Assembly (NCBI GenBank): GCA_963736855.1
Contig: CAVTQK010000001.1
Location: forward strand, 1-17,857
Direction of reading: 5' to 3'
DNA length: 17,857 nt
DNA from: an uncultured delta proteobacterium
GTDB lineage: Bacteria; Desulfobacterota; Desulfobacteria; Desulfobacterales; UBA2156
Shown: one piece after another, positions 10,326 through 17,857 of the stretch
Layout: each line of letters starts with the position of its first letter
How positions within the stretch are numbered: the stretch's first letter is position 1
Translations under genes and position numbers: made by a program
Notes under the pieces: generated by a model
Database searches by the model: none
What the model saw: only the letters and a program-made list of their open reading frames with translations
What the model was told of the DNA's origin: nothing

Positions 10326-10721
10326 CTACCCTTTTCTCTGAACCAATTCAATGCTCACACCATCCGGGGCTTCGATAAAAGCGATACGCGCGGTGGGGCC
10401 AAAATCCATAGGATCGACCGTAAACTTGACCCCGTTCTTCTTCAGGTCCCCGCAAAACCCGTCGAAATCCCCATCCACCCGGAACCCGAAATGATCCGTG
10501 CCCCACTCTATTCCGTTTTTCTCTTTAACCTGTTCTCCCGGCCTCTGGCCGCGAATAATAATGGTGGCCCCTTTGAAGGAGACAACGATTGAAGGCGCCC
10601 CGCGGACTTCAGAGCGGTTGACCACCCTTCCTCCCAGTTTTTCCGCGTACCAGGCGGCCGTTGATTCAGGGTCTTGACTGACAAGATGAACGTGGTCAAA
10701 TACCAGGTTTGCATCATTCAT
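10326..10721 (-). CDS. VOC (glyoxalase/bleomycin resistance/dioxygenase) superfamily protein, 131 aa
   Basis: FDHVHLVSQD...WYAEKLGG, GTDHFGFRV and RIAFIEAPDGVSIELVQ give a His/His/Glu metal-ligand pattern. Confidence 0.9.
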   Translation of the reverse strand: MNDANLVFDHVHLVSQDPESTAAWYAEKLGGRVVNRSEVRGAPSIVVSFKGATIIIRGQRPGEQVKEKNGIEWGTDHFGFRVDGDFDGFCGDLKKNGVKFTVDPMDFGPTARIAFIEAPDGVSIELVQRKG

Positions 10722-10780
10722 AATAGTCTACCTTTCTCAGATTAATGTTATTTTATAGGCTTCATTTGCTCAATAAAACA

Positions 10781-11715
10781 TCAACGGTCCTCTTTAAAAA
10801 ATCTGTAAAGGGCTTCCGAACTTTTAGCGGCCTGAGTCATGAACTCGGACATGATGCGGGAAATCTCTTCTATTTTATGGATCAGACCCACTCCTTGTCC
10901 GGCCGGCATAATCGTATTCTCCCCGGTGCCTTCCTTATGGCCGTAATCAACCACCTGTAACATGTTCTTTCTTCTCTTTCCCCTGATCCGTGAGACTTCT
11001 CGCCGCCGGGTTATCAAGAATCCGTAAAGACATTCTCCCTTCTCCCAACCAGAGAGTTCCGGTGTCCGGGGCCTGGAGAAGGGCTTCCTTGTAGTATTCC
11101 GGCACTGGACATTCCCTGGTACGCCAGGAAACGAGTGCCTACCTCGATGCCTTCGGCCCCAAGGGCCAGGGCAGCCAGAAATCCGCGGAAATCGCAGATG
11201 CCCCCGGCTGCCACCACCGGTATATTCAGGGCATCGCATAGTTGAGGAACCAGACAGAGGGTGGTCAGTTGACTTCTGCCCCCATGCCCGCCGGCTTCAA
11301 AACCCATGGCAATCACCCCGTCCACTCCGGCCTCCTGAGCCTTTAAACCCATGGCCGTGGTGGAAACCTTGTGCAGGACGATGAGTCCTGCGTCCTTGGC
11401 CCGATCCATGATCTTATCGGGGCTACCCCCCGAGGTTGAAATGACCGGAACCCTCATTTCGATGGCCGTCTCCAGAGACTCCAAGGCATTAGGGCGATGG
11501 AGGGGGATGTTGATCCCGAAGGGCCTGTCGGTTAAATCCCTGGCCTTTTCGATTTCTTTCCGGAGTTCAGGGACCGTCAAGGTTGACGTAGCGATCTGAC
11601 CCAATCCCCCACTTTCGGATACGGCGGCGGCCATGGGTCCCAGGGTAATTCGCCGCATGGGTCCTAGGATCAAAGGGATTTTTATTCCCAATAATTGCGT
11701 AAGTCTTTTTTCCAT
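10781..11715 (-). CDS. FMN TIM-barrel flavoenzyme of the nitronate monooxygenase / FabK enoyl reductase family; frameshifts in about 10950-11125
   Basis: RLTQLLGIKIPLILGPM, AAAVSESGGLG, TDRPFGINI, GVDGVIAMGFEAGGH, IPVVAAGGICD, ALALGAEGIEVGTRFLA, and C-terminal PAGQGVGLIHKI in another frame. Confidence 0.88.
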
Positions 11716-11853
11716 TGCCCTTCTTTCTCTTGTGGGCTGCCCGTTCTCCTAGAGCCGCCCGTTTGATTTTGCCGTAGTATAAGGACCTGGTTGAAAATTA
11801 ACACTTTATCACAATCCCGGTCATCGAAGAACCGAGGGAGGCTGTATTCAAAA

Positions 11854-12664
11854 TCAGGCTACGCGCCCACCCGGATAAGGCGGTCCGCCGGCGTAAACCT
11901 CTTCTACCAGGATTAATCCCGATCGTTTCGATTCCTCCCAGCGCCCCTTGATCTGATAGGAGATGGCTTCAGAGGTGAGGACATTGGCGGCTACCAAGGC
12001 CTGGGCTGCAGGAGTGGGAAACTCCGCTTTTTTCCAGCAGGCCAGTTTCTTTTGACCTGCGGGCTGCAACGACAGGGACGGGATCACTTTCGGATATCCG
12101 TCGGGTCCCAGCCAGGCCAGGACTTTGACTGCGGCCACCCTGGCGAATTCAAGTTTTACGGCCAGGGGGATGATCACGCCATTTCCTGACAATGTTTTTC
12201 GGTCACGGCCTTGGCTGATGGCCGCCAACCGGGCCAGCCAATAATCCTTGAGGACCTGGAGTTTGGAAATGGCAAAGGTCCCTTCTATGGAGAGGAGGCG
12301 GATGAGCCCGGCATTGCGGACGCCGGTGTAGGCGTTGTAGCGCAAAAGGGAGCTGTTCTTTTGTTGGTCCACATAGGGTCCGCTAGTCTGAAACTCGATA
12401 AAGTCTACCTTTGAGGATCCATCCCCGCAGCTCGGGTGTAACCACCAGGATACCGACGCGACAGTCTTCCTGAAGATTTTTGATGCTCTTGCGCAACAAG
12501 AAATTTCCAAAAAAAAGGGTGTCCTCCTGATCTTCGGCCGGACGCATTGAAATGCAGGGCACAACGTTGGGGATGTTATCAGCCGAGCGGGTGGCCAGAA
12601 ACTTGGGGGTCATCTCTCCGCGTAAAGCGGCCAATAGATCAGGTTGCTGTTCGAGAAGGGACAT
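11854..12664 (-). CDS. Pyridoxamine 5'-phosphate oxidase-like (FMN split-barrel) protein with two tandem domains, about 269 aa; frameshift at about 12406
   Basis: Domain 1: PKFLATRSADNIPNVVPCIS...FFGNFLLRKSIKNLQEDCRVGILVV...GWILKGDF. Domain 2: VKVLAWLGPDGYPKVIP...SYQIKGRW. Removing one base (AAA GGT [A] GAC) joins the two ORFs. Confidence 0.8.
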
Positions 12665-12714
12665 GGCAGGTCTTTCTATTCACTTTTCTTCGCTATTGTC
12701 AGCAGATAATTTGA

Positions 12715-12743
12715 ATCACCGAAATTGTCAATATTTCGGTGAT
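12715..12743. promoter_or_regulatory. Perfect 11-bp inverted repeat (operator or RNA stem-loop)
   Basis: ATCACCGAAAT-tgtcaat-ATTTCGGTGAT, about 50 nt upstream of the PNPOx-like start codon. No U-tract on either side. Confidence 0.55.
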
Positions 12744-12747
12744 GACT

Positions 12748-12846
12748 GGAATCCAGAAGTCAGAATTCAGGATCCAGGGATAAACTAGAAACCTGGTAAC
12801 GATCTACTCTCATTCTGAATTCTGGCTACTAGGCTACCTGAATTCT
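12748..12846. repeat. Inverted arrays of degenerate heptamer repeats forming a long imperfect hairpin
   Basis: Left arm GGAATCC AGAAGTC AGAATTC AGGATCC; right arm CATTCTG AATTCTG GCTACTA GGCTACCTG AATTCT. CAGAATTCAG (12761-12770) pairs perfectly with CTGAATTCTG (12815-12824). Confidence 0.55.
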
Positions 12847-12873
12847 AAAATTTTAAATCTCTTTGGTTAATTT

Positions 12874-13791
12874 TTATCCGGTCGCCCCTGACCAAACGGC
12901 AGTTGGCACCGGTTCCAGCGCCACCCGGTGAAGGGTTTCCATCATGGTCCGGGTTAACAGGGGCGTTGTTTCCAACAGATACGGCAAATCAAGCCGATGG
13001 TATTTGGGTTTGCCTAAATTGGTGTAGGCCAGCAAATCCCAACGCTGCACCGTAGGCAAGGCCTCCTGGATAAAGTCCCCGATCAATCGAATATTTTCCG
13101 GATCATCGGTATATCCGGGGATAACGGGAGTTCGAATCCACATCGATTTGCCGGCAGCCGCCAGGCGGCGCGCATTCTCCAGGATCGTTGCGTTAGAGAG
13201 GCCTGTGGTCCGTTTGTGTCTTTCCTCGTTCATCAGTTTAAGATCGAATAATATCAAGTCCACCCAGGATAATATCCTTTCATAGCGCTCCCAGGAGACG
13301 GCACCGCTGGTATCCAAGGCTACATGCACCCCGGCTTCCTTACAGCGAGGCAGGATTTGGCTGAGAAAATTCGTCTGCATCATCGGCTCGCCGCCGCTAA
13401 AAGTGATGCCTCCTCCCGAGGTCTGGTAAAAGACCTGATCTTTTAATAGTTCGCTAACCAACTCCTCGGGGGTAAGGGAGCGTCCGATAATTTCTATGGC
13501 CCCCGTCGGACAAGCATCCCGGCATTTTCCGCAAAGTGTACACCGTCCCCGGTCGATTTGCATCCCTTCCGGCCTAAGGTTTAATGCCTTTTCCGGACAA
13601 ACCTTAAGACAATCCTTCGCGCCAATGCATCGAGTGTCATACCACATCAGGTCGGGCTCAGGACGCAGCCCTTCCGGATTATGGCACCAGGGGCAGCGCA
13701 GGGGGCAGCCTTTAAGAAAGACCGTGGTGCGGATGCCGGGTCCGTCTTCGGTGCTGAATTGCTGGATGTTGAAGATCAGGCCGGTGTCCAT
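12874..13791 (-). CDS. Glycyl-radical enzyme activating enzyme (radical SAM) with ferredoxin-like insert, 305 aa
   Basis: GLIFNIQQFSTEDGPGIRTTVFLKGCPLRCPWCHNPEG (CxxxCxxC), insert CIGAKDCLKVCP...CTLCGKCRDACP, GGITFSGGEP, ALDTSG, LFDLK and IRTPVIPG. Starts 37 nt after the GRE stop. Confidence 0.95.
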   Translation of the reverse strand: MDTGLIFNIQQFSTEDGPGIRTTVFLKGCPLRCPWCHNPEGLRPEPDLMWYDTRCIGAKDCLKVCPEKALNLRPEGMQIDRGRCTLCGKCRDACPTGAIEIIGRSLTPEELVSELLKDQVFYQTSGGGITFSGGEPMMQTNFLSQILPRCKEAGVHVALDTSGAVSWERYERILSWVDLILFDLKLMNEERHKRTTGLSNATILENARRLAAAGKSMWIRTPVIPGYTDDPENIRLIGDFIQEALPTVQRWDLLAYTNLGKPKYHRLDLPYLLETTPLLTRTMMETLHRVALEPVPTAVWSGATG

Positions 13792-13828
13792 GGTCAGGTC
13801 GGCATTAAGATGGTTTTTTGGCTCATGC

Positions 13829-16230
13829 TCAAACCGCGTGGGACTCCCGGGCAATGATCTCGTCCTGGATTTCCTTCCCCAGACCGACAAAATAGGCGTT
13901 GTAGCCGGTGACCCGCACCAAGAGGTTGTGGTATTCGTCAGGGAACTTTTGGGCCTCCCTGAGGGTGTCGGCGTCGATCACATTGACCTGCAGGCAAGTC
14001 CCCCCCACTTTTCCATAGGCCCGTAACAGGCCTTTGAGCTTCTGGCGTTGTTCGGGATTCCGCAGGAGGTTCGGGCTGAAGCTCATGGTATGACTGGCGC
14101 CGTTGGGGGCGGTCTCCAATCCCAGTTTGCCGACACTCTTGATGATCGAGGTCGGTCCTCGGCGGTCGGCCCCATTGACCGGGCAGACCGCGTTGGAAAG
14201 GAACTGCCCCCGACGGCGCCCGTCGGGTGTCGCCGCCGTGGTCGGCGCATAAGCGATCCAGTAGTTCCAGGATAGATAACCGCCTCGATAGCGCTTTCCG
14301 GTGGATGAGATATGGGTAAAGGCCTGTTCGGTCCAAAAGCGGCTGATCTCGCGGGCGATCTCATCCGCATAACCGTCATCGTTGCCATACTTGGGTGCTT
14401 TGGTCAGCAAGGTCCGGCGTAAACTCTCCTGCCCTTCAAAGTTGGCCCGGATGGCCTCAACCAGGTTTCCCATTTCGATCTGGTGATCTTCATAAACCAG
14501 CTTTTTTACAGCAGCCAGGCTGTCGGCCACGGTGGCCAAGGCCACTCCTTCCACCGTCAAGAAATTATAACGGGCCCCGCCCGCGTTGCAGTCTTTGCCG
14601 TTTTGCAGGCAGCCGTCTACCAGGGCGCTCAGGTAAGGGACCGGTTCCCACCGGGCCCGGCCCCCATCGGCCAGGTTGTTGGCAGCGATGAGCTGTTCCA
14701 GGATAGTTTTGAGCTGTTGTTTAAAGGCTTCCATAAATTGAGGGAAGTCCTTAAAATTTTTCGGGTCACCGGTGCGCGGTCCGATCTGTCGGCCCGTGGC
14801 CAAATCACGGCCATCGTTTAAAACCAATTCGACGGCTTTGGCCAGATTCAGATTGACATCCACGGTGCCGGAGCGGTCGTCGCCGATCAGGGTGTTTTCC
14901 AGGCAGCCCACCGGTGCGTAATCCCAGAGCCTTTCTTCCGGAAGGCCCTGCCAACGCAAACCGGCCATGGAATTTTCGTCAAAGTTGATCAGGAAGGGAG
15001 AGCCCTGGGCCTTGGCCAGCATCTCCACCATGTGATCGAGTAACCGGTCGGAGGTCCCGGCGTGGATGCGGATGTTGGGCTTGGGTTCCAGAAGGTTCAT
15101 CTCTTCGATGACCTCCAGCATCAGATAGGTCAGATCATTGGCGGCGTCATGGCCCTGGGCATCCATTCCGGCCAGGGTTATAAGCTGGCCGAAAGAAGAA
15201 TTAATACCCTGATTGGTACCGGTCCAGCCCTGATAATCATAGACATAATTATGTTTGATCCACAAGCATTGCAGCCATTCGCGAGCGGACTCTTCGGTAA
15301 GGCGGCCCGCCTCCCGATCCGCCTGGAAGAATGGGTAAAGGTACTGATCCACCCGTCCCGGCGAAAGGCCGGGCCCCGGATAGCTTTCGGCGGCCATGGC
15401 CAGCATGTGGGTGAACCAAAGGGCTTGCAGGGCTTCGGAAAAGGTTTCGGGGGGCTGCCAGGGGACCTTTCGGCAAATGCGGGCGATTTCCTGCAACTCG
15501 TCCCGGCGCAGCTTATCGGTTTCGTTAGCGGCCAATTGGTCAGCCCGGAGGGCATAGCGGTCGGCCAGATCGCGCGTGGCCTCCGCCGAAATCATGATCG
15601 CCCGGGCCATATTCTTTTGTTCGACCGTACTCCCAGGATCATTGAACAGAACCTGGGCCTCATCCCAGATTCCTTTCCAACCGATTTTGAGGACTTTGGG
15701 GTAGTTGGGCACCAGATGACCGGGAACAGCGGCACAGTTTCCCACCCCGACGCTGTTGAGTCCATTCCAGACCTTGAGGAAGGTTTGCTCTTCCCGGTCC
15801 CGGCGTCGGGCTTCGTCTTTCTTGAGGCAGCGGGAGAGGGCCGTGCTGAAATGGGAACCGACGATCAGCTCTCCTTCCAATATTTCGACAGGCAGGTAGG
15901 AGCGAATCACCTGGCGGAAGAAAAGGGCCTGACGGATGACCAGGGGTTCGTTCCAAAAGCCGGCCGGCAACTCCACCGGCCGGGCTGAAGCTGACAGATA
16001 ACTGCGAAATCCTTTATGAAACAGGGCCATTTCAGGAACGTTGGTCCAGTTCCAGATGGAATACATCGTGTCCCAGGGGGTGCCGGTGGTATAGGCGCGC
16101 ACTTCGTTGGTGTATTCTCGTTCGTAAAGGACCAGAATTCCCGGCGTAAGCTTTCCACACGAGGTGAAAGGGTTGAAGACGCCGACCATAAATTCTGGGG
16201 GGAGACGAAGCAGCTTGATGCGGTGGTCAT
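13829..16230 (-). CDS. Glycyl radical enzyme (PFL2/eliminase-like, not classical PFL), about 800 aa; one frameshift at about 16127
   Basis: GGAGGT RBS then ATG at 16230 (MTTASS...LSPRVESLRREFWSF). Adding one T in the TTT run joins to YEREYTNEVRAYTTGTPWD. Motifs GHLVPNY, EALQALWF, SPGRVDQYL, Cys loop YAPVGCLEN (Cys codon 14903-14905), APKYGND, ATPDGR, and Gly loop LLVRVTGYNAYF (Gly codon 13904-13906). Confidence 0.95.
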
Positions 16231-16482
16231 GGATTTACCTCCGTTGGTTTAATGTCGCCTTTGAAAAATCTCCCTTTTGCCCAATCTCTGTGCAGACTCC
16301 TGAACCCTGCCTAAAACCAGGATGAAATCTCCGGTTAAAGAAACGCCACCCTCCTGCTGAGGCAGGGATTGAAAACAGGATGCATTCTGGAAAATACCAT
16401 GAGGGGGATTAAAAGGCAATGGTCTTGATTTTTGGTCACGGGTTGATTTTGTTTAGGAGCCGGGAAGATTGAGGCGAAGACC

Positions 16483-16510
16483 TTGACATCATATGCATAA
16501 TTAGTATCAT
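16483..16510 (+). promoter_or_regulatory. Sigma70-type promoter for the double-hotdog gene, with a putative operator in its spacer
   Basis: TTGACA (16483-16488), 16-nt spacer, TATCAT (16505-16510), 65 nt upstream of the ATG at 16576. The spacer contains TCATATGCATAAT. Confidence 0.6.
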
Positions 16511-16575
16511 ACCTAGGAGACCCACCATTTCTCTCTTTATCAAAATAGGCCATCACAAAACGAAAGGTACCATTC

Positions 16576-17809
16576 ATGAAGCGATATCTGACTGAGGAAG
16601 AAATAAAGCGGGCCAAGGCGGATAAAAATATCAGGGAAGGAATCATCGCTGAAATTGAAGCGAAACTGGAAATCGGAAAGCCGCGGCCGGTGACGGTTGA
16701 CGGACCCGACCCGGAAACCGGTTATAAGATGGGCGCCTACCGGATGACGCGCCGGGTGGCGACCGAAGACGCCATACGACAATTCTGCGACGCCATCGGC
16801 GATTTCAATCCGCTGTATCGCGACCGGGATTATGTAAAGAACACCCGTTACGGCGGCATCATCGCCCCTCCTCAATTTCTGGGGGCCATTGCCCCCTATT
16901 CCGGGATCGCCAAGGCGGCGGAAGATCTGGATTTTCATGTCGCCCGGGTTGACGCCGGAGTTAACGTCGAATGGTTCAAGATCATCCGGGAGGACGACCG
17001 GTTTACGGTATTTGAGTATCCTACGTCGGTGAAGGACATCACCCGGGAGAATACGGCCTTACAATTTTTAGTCAATGGAAACAGGGTGTTTAAAAATCAG
17101 CGGGACGAAGTGGTGGCCGTGGTGGATATTGCCGGGATTGCCGTCGTTCTCAAGGAGCCTTCATCCGGTAAGGTTCAGGTTGGGAAACCGCCGCAATTTC
17201 GCCGCTTTTCCATTCGCGAAGTGGAAGACTGGTATGAGCGGGCGGAAAGAGAAGAAATCCGGGGCGGCAATCCGCTCTTCTGGGAAGATGTCCAGGGAAG
17301 GAGACGAGCTTCCGCCGACGCACCACCTTTTTACTCTGGCGGAAGCCATCGCCTATTCCGCCGCCATGGGCAAAAGCGTCAGTTGGCGAACCCATATGGC
17401 CCACAACCGGGACACCTGGAAGAATATGATCGATCCGGAGAGCGGCCTGCCCGATTTCACGCACTGGCATCTGACCGACGCCGCCGCTCAACGGCTGGGA
17501 ATGCCGCGGGCCAATTGTCTGGGCATGCAAATGCGGGCCTGGCTGGGACGCATGATTTCGAACTGGATGGGAGACGACGGGTTCATCAAGAAGATGGGGG
17601 ACCAGCTTCGCGGGGTGTTGTATCGGGATTCGCTGGCGCTGTGCAAGGGCAAGGTGGTCAAAAAATACGTCCAGGACGGGGAACACCTGGTCGATCTGGC
17701 GGTTACCGTCGAGGATCACGACGGCAACTTCATGATACCGAACGGATCGGCCACAGTCGTCTTGCCGTCGAGGAAAATGGGGGTCGGGGAAAGGGTTTAT
17801 CCTGTCTGA
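16576..17809 (+). CDS. Fused double-hotdog (MaoC N-type plus MaoC) dehydratase/hydratase, about 410 aa; frameshift at about 17297
   Basis: N-domain ATEDAIRQFCDAIGDFNPLYRD...TRYGGIIAPP. Linker LFWEDVQEGDELP is restored by removing one G from CAGGGAA. C-domain PDFTHWH...AAQRLGMP...NWMGDDG...CKGKVVKKY...GSATVVLPSR. Confidence 0.85.
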
Positions 17810-17857
17810 TATTACTTTTTTCATAAGGCTAAAGTGTACCAAGGTTTTTCCTTTGGA

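Noticed and set aside
11798..11815. Rex/CRP-like site upstream of the FabK/NMO-like gene (TTGTGATAAAGTGTTAAT on the minus strand)
   Set aside because: Only one half-site matches and the symmetry is too weak to call.
12748..12846. CRISPR array
   Set aside because: The units are degenerate 7-mers without unique spacers, and there are no cas genes.
13829..16230. Calling the GRE pyruvate formate-lyase (pflB), CutC or glycerol dehydratase
   Set aside because: It has a single Cys (GCLE) rather than CC, a long ferredoxin-insert activase, and substrate loops that do not match those enzymes as I recall them. No gene symbol is assigned.
16280..16296. Sigma54 promoter for the GRE (CTGCAC-N5-TTGG on the minus strand)
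   Set aside because: Both the invariant GG at -24 and GC at -12 are missing.
16335..16646. 103-aa minus-strand ORF upstream of the GRE as a small subunit or regulator
   Set aside because: It overlaps the double-hotdog start and its promoter and has no Cys cluster or HTH pattern.
868..17809. Programmed ribosomal frameshifting or genuine pseudogenes
   Set aside because: The shifts are numerous, occur in both directions across unrelated genes, and leave family motifs intact. Assembly error is the simpler explanation.
1266..17842. Long antisense ORFs (e.g. 1266-1901, 2017-2901, 9502-10254, 15062-15988, 17150-17842)
   Set aside because: They are shadows of well-supported genes on the opposite strand in GC-rich DNA and have no recognisable motifs.

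Overview
A GC-rich (roughly 55% by eye) bacterial window with an anaerobic gene content. A Desulfobacterota/Syntrophales-type host is my inference. No mobile element, RNA gene or CRISPR array is visible. Most genes carry single-base frameshifts, often in homopolymers, that look like uncorrected long-read errors, so I report reconstructed genes. On the + strand: an MDR/quinone-reductase-type oxidoreductase (5'-truncated), a cytoplasmic Mo/W-bisPGD enzyme of the acetylene-hydratase-like clade with its four-[4Fe-4S] partner, and an AMP-forming acyl-CoA ligase. On the - strand, in transcription order: a glycyl radical enzyme (GRE), its activase, a tandem PNPOx-like split-barrel protein, a FabK/nitronate-monooxygenase-like flavoenzyme, a VOC protein, an ADP-forming acyl-CoA synthetase alpha subunit, a crotonase, two hotdog proteins and an MFS transporter. 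A fused double-hotdog dehydratase is transcribed divergently from the GRE. The best candidate for an undescribed system is the GRE module: a non-PFL GRE whose active-site loops match no characterised GRE I can recall, an activase with a 7-Cys ferredoxin insert, and a PNPOx-like partner, all set among acyl-CoA-processing genes.
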